A stretch of DNA of 64,000 nt from Alphaproteobacteria bacterium (GTDB lineage Bacteria > Pseudomonadota > Alphaproteobacteria > JAEUKQ01), in NCBI GenBank assembly GCA_016794225.1, contig JAEUKQ010000003.1:10215-74214 (forward strand). The letters are read 5' to 3'. The notes under the pieces were generated by a model that did no database searches, was not told the DNA's origin, and worked only from the letters and a program-made list of their open reading frames with translations. Each line of letters starts with the position of its first letter. Position 1 is the first letter of the stretch. A program made the position numbers and the translations under genes. Shown here piece after piece: positions 41,184-50,730 of this stretch.

Positions 41184-42731
41184 ATGACCCGCAAAGCAGC
41201 CACTTTATTCAAGTCAATCTTAACAATTGGCATATATACCCTTCTAAGCCGTTTTTTGGGATTGCTGCGCGAAGTGTTGATGGCTTTTTATCTGGGTGCA
41301 AGCTGGATTACTGATGCTTTTATTGTTGCGCAGCGCTTGCCCAACATGTTTCGCAATCTAGTGTCCGAAGGTGCTTTTAACGCAGCTTTCGTTCCAAGTT
41401 TTTCCAATAATTTACATAAAAATGGCAAAGTACATGCCAAAAAATTTGCAGAACAGATACAAAGCATTATGCTCAGCGGATTGTTTATTTTTGTTATCTT
41501 GCTGCAATTGTTAATGCCTTGGCTTGTTTACATTATAGCTCCTGGTTATGCCGATACCCAGGAAAAAGCAACCATGGTTCAGGACTTGTCGCAAATAACC
41601 ATGCCTTATTTGCTTTTTATGTTTTTAACCGGCCTACAGAGTGCTGTTCTTGCGTCTTTAAACAGATTTGCTGCAGCCTCTGTGTCCCCTGTTATTTTAA
41701 ATATTTGTCTTATTGGTGTACTTTATTTTCTTATTCCAGGTTCAAATCAACCGGGATATGTATTAGCTTGGACGCTTTTTGGTGCCGGAGCAGTACAATT
41801 TCTTGTTACGGCTTTTTTCTGTTACAAGGCTGGTTTTCCGCTGGCTTTCATTTATCCAAGAAATAACGAAACAACGCGATTGTTTTTTAAAAAAATGGTT
41901 CCAGGATTGATTGGGGCTAGCGTTACTCAAATTAATTTATTGGTGGGAACAATTATTGCAACTTGGCAGGATGCTGCCGTTTCGTACCTTTATTTTGCCG
42001 ATCGGGTATATCAACTGCCTCTTGCTTTGCTCGGAACGGCGGCGGGTACTGCTTTACTGCCTATGTTAAGCCAGGCTCTAGCCGAAGATGATAAACATAA
42101 AGCCCACCAACTTCAGGGGCAGGGTATCTTTGTTGCCTTGTTGTTTGGAATTCCAGCAACTGTTATTCTCATGGCCGTGCCTTATCCCATAGTTAATGTT
42201 CTGTTCGAGCGGGGGCAATTCACCTTAATCGATGCACAACAAACCAGTTTTGTCCTACAAATTATGGCAATGGGATTACCGGCATATCTATTGGTTAAAA
42301 GTTTATTACCGATTTTTTATGCTCGTCACGACACTAAAACACCTTTTCATTTTGCCCTAATATGTGTCGCTGTTAATATGGTTCTCAATATTGCCTTGTT
42401 TCCGTGGATTGGTTTTATTGGTATTGCTATTGCAACTGTTATTGCCAGTGCATTGAATGCTTGCTTGCTTTACATAGCGGCCAATAAGCGCGGGTATCTA
42501 CAATTGCAGCGGGCAATTTGGATAGGGTTTATAAAAATGTTTATCGGCGGACTTTTTATGGGGGTTTTTCTTGTTTTGATTCCTGATTTGTGGTTATGGC
42601 CAACCACATTAATCGCAAGGGTTAGTTATTTGGTAATTGTTGTGCTGGTTGCAGGTAGTATTTATTTTGCTTGTCTTTTTCTCATGGGTGTTATTTCATG
42701 GAAACAATTGCGTCGCAAAAGCTTTTTCTAA
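41184..42731 (+). CDS. murJ: Lipid II flippase MurJ (MviN)
   Basis: 515 aa, 14 transmembrane helices; MurJ N-terminal motif LLSRFLGLLREVLMAFYLG. Confidence 0.92.
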   Translation: MTRKAATLFKSILTIGIYTLLSRFLGLLREVLMAFYLGASWITDAFIVAQRLPNMFRNLVSEGAFNAAFVPSFSNNLHKNGKVHAKKFAEQIQSIMLSGLFIFVILLQLLMPWLVYIIAPGYADTQEKATMVQDLSQITMPYLLFMFLTGLQSAVLASLNRFAAASVSPVILNICLIGVLYFLIPGSNQPGYVLAWTLFGAGAVQFLVTAFFCYKAGFPLAFIYPRNNETTRLFFKKMVPGLIGASVTQINLLVGTIIATWQDAAVSYLYFADRVYQLPLALLGTAAGTALLPMLSQALAEDDKHKAHQLQGQGIFVALLFGIPATVILMAVPYPIVNVLFERGQFTLIDAQQTSFVLQIMAMGLPAYLLVKSLLPIFYARHDTKTPFHFALICVAVNMVLNIALFPWIGFIGIAIATVIASALNACLLYIAANKRGYLQLQRAIWIGFIKMFIGGLFMGVFLVLIPDLWLWPTTLIARVSYLVIVVLVAGSIYFACLFLMGVISWKQLRRKSFF

Positions 42732-42761
42732 GTATTAAATTGTGTGGTTGGATAACAATAT

Positions 42762-43811
42762 ATGCAACAAAAAATTATTCTTTCTGGTGTACAGCCAACG
42801 GGTAATCTTCATTTAGGTAATTATCTTGGGGCAATTCGCAATTGGGTTGGATTGCAGGCTAAAAATCAGTGTTATTTTACTGTTGTTGATTTACACGCCA
42901 TTACTGTTTGGCAAGATCCAAAGCATTTGCAACAGCAAACGCGTGAAATTGCTGCTGCCTTTATCGCGGCGGGGATTGATGTTCATCAGCATCCGGTATT
43001 TAACCAAAGTCAGGTTGAAGCCCATGCCCGGCTTGCCTGGATTTTAAGTTGTATCGCCCGGGTTGGGTGGCTTAATCGGATGATTCAATTTCGGGAAAAA
43101 GCGGGTAAGGATCGTGAGAATGTTAGTGTTGGTCTGCTGACTTATCCAACACTAATGGCTGCTGATATCTTGCTTTATCAGGCAACACATGTGCCGGTTG
43201 GCGAGGATCAAAAACAGCACATTGAGCTGACGCGCGATATTGCTCAAAAATTTAATAACGATTTTGGTATATCTTATTTTACCATGCCTGAGCCAATGAT
43301 TAATGGTCCAGCTACCCGTGTCATGAGTTTGCGTGATGGGACAAAAAAAATGAGTAAGTCTGACCCATCTGATTATAGTCGGATTAATTTATTGGACACA
43401 ACCGACCTAATTCAAGACAAAATTCGTAAAGCTAAAACCGATATGTATCCAATCCCTGATCCTGGAATACTTGACAATAATGGGCAATTTACATCGGATC
43501 TAAAGGATACGCGGCCTGAAGTTGTTAATTTACTGAATATCTATAGTGCTGTTGCCAATCAACCATTGCATTTGGTTATGAATGAGTTTGCTGGTCGCGA
43601 GTTTTCATTCTTCAAAAACAGGTTAACAGACTTACTTGTGCACCATTTAACCCCAATCCAAAAGAAAATGAGCGACCTGTTAAACGATCGCAATAATTTA
43701 GATACCATATTGCGCGATGGAGTTGAAAAAGCGCGTAAGACTGCGAACAAAACGCTTCATGATGTTCACAAAATTGTTGGGTTTATCGAAACAGGATATA
43801 AAAATTTTTAA
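42762..43811 (+). CDS. trpS: Tryptophan--tRNA ligase
   Basis: 349 aa. HIGH-like motif TGNLHLGNY and KMSKS present. Confidence 0.95.
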   Translation: MQQKIILSGVQPTGNLHLGNYLGAIRNWVGLQAKNQCYFTVVDLHAITVWQDPKHLQQQTREIAAAFIAAGIDVHQHPVFNQSQVEAHARLAWILSCIARVGWLNRMIQFREKAGKDRENVSVGLLTYPTLMAADILLYQATHVPVGEDQKQHIELTRDIAQKFNNDFGISYFTMPEPMINGPATRVMSLRDGTKKMSKSDPSDYSRINLLDTTDLIQDKIRKAKTDMYPIPDPGILDNNGQFTSDLKDTRPEVVNLLNIYSAVANQPLHLVMNEFAGREFSFFKNRLTDLLVHHLTPIQKKMSDLLNDRNNLDTILRDGVEKARKTANKTLHDVHKIVGFIETGYKNF

Positions 43812-43829
43812 TTCCAGGAAAACAGACCG

Positions 43830-44759
43830 ATGGTGCAAATATATCTGCCAATTGCCGAACTATCAGTTGATGTGTTTGTTTTACTGATTCTGGGATGGTT
43901 TGTAGGTTTTATTTCCGGTATATCAGGAATAGGGGCCAGTTTTTTAATGACCCCAACCTTGATATTTTTGGGTATTCCATCGCCAGTTGCGGTTGCCAGC
44001 CAGGCAAACCAAGTGGTTGCAACATCGATTTCTGGAACCCTTGCCCAGTGGTCACGCGGGAATATCGACTTTAAAATGGGCGGAATACTGCTTCTGGGTG
44101 GGTTAGCAGGATCTAGCTTTGGGGTGTGGCTTTTTGGCTTTTTGGCGCGTATAGGGCAGGGTGATCTAGTTGTTGCGATAAGTTATATTATGTGCTTGGG
44201 CTGGATTGGTTTATTGATGCTTTGGGAAAGTTTACGCAGCGTATTCAAAAAACTACAAGCGTCAGCTAAAGTTAAAATACCCTTTTATCAGCGTGCTTGG
44301 GTACAGGGGTTGCCGTTTAAACGCAATTTTCCCCGCTCTAATCTTTATATCAGTTTGTGGCTACCTATCGTGATTGGTTTTGGTGTTGGGGTATTATCGG
44401 CCATTATGGGGGTCGGCGGTAGCTTTTTGTTGGTGCCGGCAATGATTTATTTGCTGGGTATGCCTGTTACAGTTGTTGTTGGCACGTCACTTTTTCAGAT
44501 GGTGTTTGTTACAGCCAACGTAACATTACAGCAAGCAATTCAAAACAATTCTGTTGATATTTTACTTGCGTTAATTTTAATGATCAGCGGTGTTGCCGGA
44601 ACCCAATGGGGTACAAAAATGTCTGGCAAGGTGCGTGGGGAATATGTGCGTTTTGTTTTTGCCCTTTTAATGCTTGGCGTTTGCGTTGGGTTAATTAACG
44701 AATTTCTTGTGGAACCAAGTTCTGTTTATTCTATTCGCACCGTAGGGGAATTGCGTTGA
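43830..44759 (+). CDS. TSUP (TauE/SafE, DUF81) family anion exporter
   Basis: 309 aa in two 4-transmembrane-helix repeats with Gly-rich motifs. Confidence 0.75.
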   Translation: MVQIYLPIAELSVDVFVLLILGWFVGFISGISGIGASFLMTPTLIFLGIPSPVAVASQANQVVATSISGTLAQWSRGNIDFKMGGILLLGGLAGSSFGVWLFGFLARIGQGDLVVAISYIMCLGWIGLLMLWESLRSVFKKLQASAKVKIPFYQRAWVQGLPFKRNFPRSNLYISLWLPIVIGFGVGVLSAIMGVGGSFLLVPAMIYLLGMPVTVVVGTSLFQMVFVTANVTLQQAIQNNSVDILLALILMISGVAGTQWGTKMSGKVRGEYVRFVFALLMLGVCVGLINEFLVEPSSVYSIRTVGELR

Positions 44760-45508
44760 AAAAATCAGGTAAATTTTTTGTCAGAATAGTTGTTATGTGG
44801 TTGTTGACACTGTCGGTTGCCGGAGTAAGAGCTGATACCCTGATTGCTGACCTATCGAACCGGTTTATTGCAATTACCACTGGCTTTAGTGGAACAGATT
44901 TACTGGTATTTGGAGCGATTGATGTTCCTGGTGATATTGTGGTGATTGTCCAAGGTCCACCTACAGATGTTGTGGTGCGCCGCAAGGAAAGAATTGCCGG
45001 TTTTTGGGTTAACCGTGCAAATGTCACTTTTAAAAATATTCCCAGTTTTTATGCAATAGCCGCCAGTAAGCCGATAGAAGATATTTTAGCACCCGAAATT
45101 CAGCAACAGTTAAATATAGGGCTAGAATATTTGCCAATGAAAACAGATGTCACACTAACACCATCTGAGACAAAAGAATTTCGTGAAGCGCTGATTGTTA
45201 ACAAAAGGCTACAACAACTTTATTATAGCAACATTCTACGTGTTAATTTTATGGGGCGCGAACTTTTTAGAACCAATATATCCTTTCCTTCGAATGTGCC
45301 AACGGGGGACTATTTATTAGATATTATGTTGGTGCGCGATAAAAACGTAGTTAGCGCCCAACAAACACCTTTAAGTGTTACAAAAACAGGTTTTGGCGCA
45401 GAAATTTATGATTTTGCGCACCAGAATGCTTTGCTATATGGTCTAGCAGCAATTGTTTTGGGGTTGTTTGGTGGTTGGGCTGGCTACGTATTTTTCCGTC
45501 GGAGGTAG
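44756..45508 (+). CDS. TIGR02186-family conserved alphaproteobacterial membrane-anchored protein
   Basis: 250 aa. N-terminal signal peptide plus a C-terminal transmembrane helix. Its start overlaps the TSUP stop by 4 nt (translational coupling). Confidence 0.6.
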   Translation: MKKSGKFFVRIVVMWLLTLSVAGVRADTLIADLSNRFIAITTGFSGTDLLVFGAIDVPGDIVVIVQGPPTDVVVRRKERIAGFWVNRANVTFKNIPSFYAIAASKPIEDILAPEIQQQLNIGLEYLPMKTDVTLTPSETKEFREALIVNKRLQQLYYSNILRVNFMGRELFRTNISFPSNVPTGDYLLDIMLVRDKNVVSAQQTPLSVTKTGFGAEIYDFAHQNALLYGLAAIVLGLFGGWAGYVFFRRR

Positions 45509-45512
45509 GTAC

Positions 45513-46001
45513 ATGAGTGCTATTGCAGCTGTAGATGATCATCGTCAGGTCTTTTTAGTTGTTCTTGAATCAAGTATCGATATGAAACTGCCACTTTACT
45601 ATGCTTGCCGTATGGCAAAAAGGGTACAAGGCCGTGTTTCATTACTTTATGTTATCGAGCCTAATGATTTAACCGAATGGCAATCGGTTGGTAATTTAAT
45701 GTACGAGCAGCAACGCCAAGAAGCTGAAAGAGTTCTTCAAAAAGCAGCAACTTTTGTCCACGGTAATTCAGGAATTTTTCCAGCTCTTTTTATTAGAGAG
45801 GGCGGTAAAATTGATCAAACAGTCCAACTTGCTGGGGAGGATGAATCCATCAGTGCGCTGGTTATTGTTGTTGATGTGCAGGGCAAGGCATCTGGTACAA
45901 TTTCCGCACAATGGAACGCCAAGCTATCGGCACGGCTTAAGGTGCCCTTAATTATCGTTCCTAATAACCTAACTGAAGAAGATATTCAGCGCGTCACCTA
46001 G
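45513..46001 (+). CDS. Universal stress protein (UspA)-like
   Basis: Start chosen at the ATG at 45513, after a GGAGGTAGG ribosome-binding site. Usp-like alpha/beta fold (LVVLESSID...LLYV...ALVIVVD...PLIIVP). Confidence 0.65.
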   Translation: MSAIAAVDDHRQVFLVVLESSIDMKLPLYYACRMAKRVQGRVSLLYVIEPNDLTEWQSVGNLMYEQQRQEAERVLQKAATFVHGNSGIFPALFIREGGKIDQTVQLAGEDESISALVIVVDVQGKASGTISAQWNAKLSARLKVPLIIVPNNLTEEDIQRVT

Positions 46002-46070
46002 ACGGGGACTTGAAGATAAAAATTTTTGACCTATTTTGACAATAGTTTTTTAAAATTTAGGATAGTAACC

Positions 46071-46622
46071 ATGTTTATTCAAACTGAAACGACACCTAAT
46101 CCACAAACCATGAAATTTTTACCAAACCAAACAGTAACTGGTGGTGTTGGTGTTGATTTTTGCCGTTCGGATAAGACTACCTCTTCGCCACTCGTGACAA
46201 GATTATTTAAGATAGAGGGAGTTGAAGGGGTTTTTCTTGGTTATGATTTTATTACTGTTACAAAAGATCATGTGAAAGAATGGCAGGTTTTAAAACCTGT
46301 ATTATTAGCAGCTATCATGGATCATTTTACCAGCGGTCAGCCCGTGATGTTGTCATCGGCTAAAATGGCTGATTCAAAACTAGACGAAAATGACGATGAT
46401 ATAACAAAAAAAATTAAAGAATTATTAGAAACAAGGGTTCGTCCTGCCGTAGCCCAAGATGGCGGCGATATTGTTTTTGCTGATTTTAAAGAAGGTGTTG
46501 TTTATGTGCATTTGCGCGGGTCTTGTTCTGGGTGTCCAAGTTCAACCGCAACGTTAAAAGTAGGTATTGAAAATATGTTGCGTCACTATGTTCCCGAGGT
46601 GAAGCAAGTCCGGGCAGTTTAA
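46071..46622 (+). CDS. NifU-like Fe-S cluster assembly protein (Nfu_N + NifU C-terminal domain)
   Basis: Start at MFIQTETTPNPQTMKF (46071), preceded by AGGA. C-terminal CxxC (CSGCPSS) NifU motif. Confidence 0.85.
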   Translation: MFIQTETTPNPQTMKFLPNQTVTGGVGVDFCRSDKTTSSPLVTRLFKIEGVEGVFLGYDFITVTKDHVKEWQVLKPVLLAAIMDHFTSGQPVMLSSAKMADSKLDENDDDITKKIKELLETRVRPAVAQDGGDIVFADFKEGVVYVHLRGSCSGCPSSTATLKVGIENMLRHYVPEVKQVRAV

Positions 46623-46664
46623 ACGGTGATTATGGGGTTATTACTCAGCCGACAAGCACTTTTG

Positions 46665-47219
46665 TTATTCCATCAATCGATTGGGAACTGCGCGGTCACT
46701 ATAAAGCGGGTAGCGCCGTGAATTAAAAAGTTGGTAATGCCACCATTCATTGCGGTAAAAATCCCAACCCGCAGCAGTCATAATCCCCATCAGCAAAATT
46801 CTATTTTCTTGAGCTTTTGCACTTATGTTCATTGCACCATGATGAGATAGCGTGGTAAAATCATCAAATTTTGTTCCCATATCTAACTCGCGCTTCAGGT
46901 GGTCAATTAAAGTTAAATCAACTGCTACACCACGCGAATGAGGTGATCCTTTTCGTGGATCTGCAACAAACCCTGGATCAGGAAACTGGTGCCAAAGAAT
47001 CCATTGGGCTTCGGTTGGTCGGAAAGCATCGAAAATTTTAAGCCGATAACCAATATGTTTTGCAAGCTCTGAGGCTTTTTTAAGACACTTTGCTGCGTCT
47101 GTGTGTAAATAGCAAAACGAGTGACGGTATATTTGCTTCCCAGTAACATTGTTTGGTGTAGCGTAGGCTAAAGATATTTCCAGGTCGAATTCGGATGGGT
47201 TAATTAGGATTAGTGTCAT
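46665..47219 (-). CDS. D-alanyl-D-alanine dipeptidase (VanX/DdpX-like, peptidase M15D)
   Basis: 184 aa. Zn-binding His/Asp motifs (SPHSRGVAVDLTLID, WWHYQL). Confidence 0.8.
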   Translation of the reverse strand: MTLILINPSEFDLEISLAYATPNNVTGKQIYRHSFCYLHTDAAKCLKKASELAKHIGYRLKIFDAFRPTEAQWILWHQFPDPGFVADPRKGSPHSRGVAVDLTLIDHLKRELDMGTKFDDFTTLSHHGAMNISAKAQENRILLMGIMTAAGWDFYRNEWWHYQLFNSRRYPLYSDRAVPNRLME

Positions 47220-47330
47220 TCTAGGCTTGTTTCACTTGATTTCGTGTAGTATTTATTGGATAGAACATAAAAAATTTCAAGCTCAGACTACTACCATAAA
47301 TAATGATTTTAGAAAAGACTAAAGACAAAC

Positions 47331-48026
47331 ATGCGTATTTTAGCAATTGAAACAAGTGGCAATCAGACGGCTGTTTGCTTTTTCCGCCAAGGGTTGGTTA
47401 TTGACTTGTTGCAGCACCAAGGTCAGGAAGGGGGTGCTATCCTAATTAAACAATTGCGGCATATACAAGATAATTGGCCCGAAGATTTTGCTAATATCAA
47501 CTATATCGCTGTTACTGTTGGGCCTGCGCCATATACTGGACTGCGTATGGGGTTAGCCGCTGTTCAGGGGCTTGGTTTAGCCTTATCAAGGCCTATTTGG
47601 GGAATTAACACCCTAAAACTGGTAGCTTGGCAAGCAGCACAAAAAAATGAAACAAGAAAAGACATTCTGGTTGTTTTGGATTCGAAACGGCCTGAAATTT
47701 TTGCCCAACTTTTTAACGATGATGCATACCCCTTAACTCCTGAAATTTTGGTAAAACCAGAATTATTACCTACAGTCATAAGACAGCAGTCAACAATTAT
47801 TGTTGGTAACGCAATTACCCAATTGTGGCATCAATTAGTACGGGACTATGAAGTTAAAAATAGCATTCCTGACGTTTCCATGCTTGCAAAACTAGCACTA
47901 CATCAAATACAGAACCAGGAGTCGTGTTTGCCTGCTATACCAATTTATCTTAAATCGGCAGATGTTTCCGTGGCTAAAAAACAGTTTTGGTTAATCAATG
48001 ATCGTAATCCAGCAAGCCGATATTAA
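47331..48026 (+). CDS. tsaB: tRNA threonylcarbamoyladenosine biosynthesis protein TsaB
   Basis: 231 aa; N-terminus MRILAIETSGNQTAV. Confidence 0.9.
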   Translation: MRILAIETSGNQTAVCFFRQGLVIDLLQHQGQEGGAILIKQLRHIQDNWPEDFANINYIAVTVGPAPYTGLRMGLAAVQGLGLALSRPIWGINTLKLVAWQAAQKNETRKDILVVLDSKRPEIFAQLFNDDAYPLTPEILVKPELLPTVIRQQSTIIVGNAITQLWHQLVRDYEVKNSIPDVSMLAKLALHQIQNQESCLPAIPIYLKSADVSVAKKQFWLINDRNPASRY

Positions 48027-48450
48027 TGGCGACCAAGTTGTATATGAGATTCAACAGCAAAGTTTCACGAACCATTGGTCATTAAAAGATTGGCAAGATT
48101 TATTAAAAGTTCCTGGAACTATTGTAAGATTAGCTTACGATAAGCAAAAGCCAATAGGATATGCGGTTATCCGACATTGCGATGATATGGCAGATGTTAT
48201 TTCTGTGGCTGTTTTACCCTCTTACCGACAACAGGGGATAGGTAAAGCATTGATGAAAGAGCTTATGAAAGAGATGCAGGATTTTGGTGTGCGCAAGATA
48301 TTATTAGAAGTGGGTTGTAATAACATAGCAGCCCAACATCTTTATCAGATATTGGGTTTTAAACCTATTTTCATGCGACCAAATTACTATTATAATCCGC
48401 CATCTCCGCCAGAAAATGCAATTGTTATGCAGTATTTTTGTCATATATAA
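47998..48450 (+). CDS. rimI: Ribosomal-protein-alanine N-acetyltransferase (GNAT)
   Basis: 150 aa. GNAT motif A RQQGIGKALM. Conserved tsaB–rimI pair. Confidence 0.85.
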   Translation: MIVIQQADINGDQVVYEIQQQSFTNHWSLKDWQDLLKVPGTIVRLAYDKQKPIGYAVIRHCDDMADVISVAVLPSYRQQGIGKALMKELMKEMQDFGVRKILLEVGCNNIAAQHLYQILGFKPIFMRPNYYYNPPSPPENAIVMQYFCHI

Positions 48451-48524
48451 TAATAAAAACTCTGGAATATTTGATTAATATTGTTCACAATTAGTTCTTT
48501 AGAAAATGAAGGAAGGTAGTTCTT

Positions 48525-48962
48525 GTGGTGAAACGTCAGGAAACGCCAATATCAAAAATTGAAAAAGCGTGTCTACAAAAAGGCATTAAATTAACGGGTG
48601 CGCGCCGTTTAATAGCACAAGTGTTATCCGAAGCAACTGATCACCCCGATGTTGAAACAGTATTTCAGCGTGTTCAGCACCTTGATGCCCGCGTTGGTAT
48701 GGCCACAGTATATCGTACAGTAAAACTGTTTGAAGAAGCACAAATAGTTGCTAGACACGATTTTTTGGATGGCCGTTCGCGGTACGAAGAGATTACGGAA
48801 GAAATCCACCATGATCATTTAATTGACATCAGAACTGGTAAAATTATCGAATTCCAAAATGAAGAAATTGAAATTTTACAAAAGAAAGTAGCAGAAAGTC
48901 TTGGTTACGAACTGATTGGACATCGCCTTGAACTTTATGCTATACCTCGACAGAAGAAATAA
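48525..48962 (+). CDS. Fur-family transcriptional regulator (Fur/Mur/Irr-type, lacking the C-terminal CxxC)
   Basis: 145 aa. DNA-binding helix TVYRTV and metal site HHDHLIDIRTGKIIEF. GTG start with a GAAGGAAGG ribosome-binding site. Confidence 0.85.
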   Translation: MVKRQETPISKIEKACLQKGIKLTGARRLIAQVLSEATDHPDVETVFQRVQHLDARVGMATVYRTVKLFEEAQIVARHDFLDGRSRYEEITEEIHHDHLIDIRTGKIIEFQNEEIEILQKKVAESLGYELIGHRLELYAIPRQKK

Positions 48963-48998
48963 TTACCCCTGATTTATATGCACATAGGTTAAAATTCT

Positions 48999-49811
48999 AT
49001 GCACCAATTATCTACAGCGAACCAGCCAGGTGGTCCAACACCTATTAGGGTTCGAAATCTTGAAATAAAAATGGCCGGTAGCCCTGCCGAAATTGATGCA
49101 GCCCAAGCATTGCGTTACCAGGTATTCTATCAAGAAATGTCGGCAAAGCCAAGTGCCAACATGAAGCAGCAGCAGCGTGATTTTGATCGTTTTGATGCCT
49201 TTTGTGATCATTTGATTATTCTAGATCATGATCTGAAAACAAGAACACCTCCTGTTATTGCCACCTATCGCTTCATGCGCCGCAAAGCAGCCAAAAAATG
49301 CGGTCAGTTTTATTCACAAGATGAATATAATATCGACTGTTTAATTGATCATGCCGGTGAAATTATGGAGTTAGGGCGGTCATGTGTGGCCATTCCTTAC
49401 CGTAATGGGTTGGTTATGCAGTTATTATGGCGAGGTGTCGTAGAGTATGTGCGTTTTTATGACGTTCAATTAATGTTCGGGTGTGCCAGTCTGCCTGGAA
49501 CAACAATCGATAATCTTGCGGTACCTCTTTCTTATTTACACCATTTTCATCAAGCACCCCCTGAACTTAGGGCAAAAGCACTGGCTAAGCGTTATGTTCA
49601 TATGAATCTTCTACCAAAAGATCAAATTGACGAAAAAAATGCAATGTTTACACTACCTCCTTTGATTAAGGGGTACCTTAGATTAGGTGGGTTTATTGGT
49701 GATGGTGCCGTTATTGATGACCAGTTTAATACAACCGACGTTAATGTTGTTGTAAAAATGGCTTTGGTGACCGATAAGTATGTAAAACATTATTATGGTC
49801 GTACGGAATAG
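48999..49811 (+). CDS. olsB: Ornithine lipid N-acyltransferase OlsB (GNAT-like)
   Basis: 270 aa. OlsB-type sequence; pairs with the downstream olsA as in Rhizobiales. Confidence 0.8.
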   Translation: MHQLSTANQPGGPTPIRVRNLEIKMAGSPAEIDAAQALRYQVFYQEMSAKPSANMKQQQRDFDRFDAFCDHLIILDHDLKTRTPPVIATYRFMRRKAAKKCGQFYSQDEYNIDCLIDHAGEIMELGRSCVAIPYRNGLVMQLLWRGVVEYVRFYDVQLMFGCASLPGTTIDNLAVPLSYLHHFHQAPPELRAKALAKRYVHMNLLPKDQIDEKNAMFTLPPLIKGYLRLGGFIGDGAVIDDQFNTTDVNVVVKMALVTDKYVKHYYGRTE

Positions 49812-50727
49812 TTTGAACACAATGCAGAGTATGATAAACGATTCTATGCAACTTTCGCAAAAAAAGCCATATCGCTTTTCATTGGGATCACGTGTTTTGG
49901 CGGCATGGCGTTTATTTTTATATGCGCTAATTAATTTGGTTTTTATTAGCACACAACTGGTACTTCGTGCCATTAATGGCGATAAAATATCGGGATTCCC
50001 AATTTTTTATCATCGCTTATGTTGCCGTGTTTTAGGATTAGATATTATCACCAAAGGGACACAATCGCCACACCGTCCAACTTTATACGTTGCAAACCAC
50101 ACCAGCTACACCGATATTATTTCCTTTGCCACGCTGATGCCAATTTCATTTATTGGTAAACAAGAAATTGCGAATTGGCCAATTTTTGGCTTATTAGCAA
50201 AGCTTCAGCGAACAGTTTTTATTGATCGTAAACGTCATAATACAGATGCACATCGCGATTCAATAACAGGCAGGTTGCAAGAAGGGGACAGCCTGATGTT
50301 ATTTCCTGAAGGAACAACCAATGATGGAAACAGGTTACTACCGTTCCGCAGTTCGTTATTTGCTGTGGCCGAAACACCGTTAGTTCATGATCAACGTGTG
50401 ACATCTTCATATGTTTGGGTTCAACCAGTTTCAATATCATACACCCATTTGAACGGGTTGCCATTGGGGTATAGCTGGCGCCATCTGGTTGCGTGGTATG
50501 GTGATGTTGGTTTTGCTGAACATATGTGGCAATTGCTAAGACTAGGTAGAATTACTATTCGAATAGAATTTCATGAGCCGGTAAACATAACACAATTTAA
50601 ATCCCGTAAAGAGATGAGTGATTACTGTTTTAAAAAAGTTGAAAAAGGCTTTTATGATGCCATAACCGGCCGACCTTGGACTGGTCCAGAAGCAACTATT
50701 ATCTCAAGATCAGCGGAAAGCAGATAA
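49795..50727 (+). CDS. olsA: Lyso-ornithine lipid O-acyltransferase OlsA (PlsC family)
   Basis: 310 aa. HxxxxD acyltransferase motif ANHTSYTD and FPEGT motif. Confidence 0.8.
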   Translation: MVVRNSLNTMQSMINDSMQLSQKKPYRFSLGSRVLAAWRLFLYALINLVFISTQLVLRAINGDKISGFPIFYHRLCCRVLGLDIITKGTQSPHRPTLYVANHTSYTDIISFATLMPISFIGKQEIANWPIFGLLAKLQRTVFIDRKRHNTDAHRDSITGRLQEGDSLMLFPEGTTNDGNRLLPFRSSLFAVAETPLVHDQRVTSSYVWVQPVSISYTHLNGLPLGYSWRHLVAWYGDVGFAEHMWQLLRLGRITIRIEFHEPVNITQFKSRKEMSDYCFKKVEKGFYDAITGRPWTGPEATIISRSAESR

Positions 50728-50730
50728 ATC

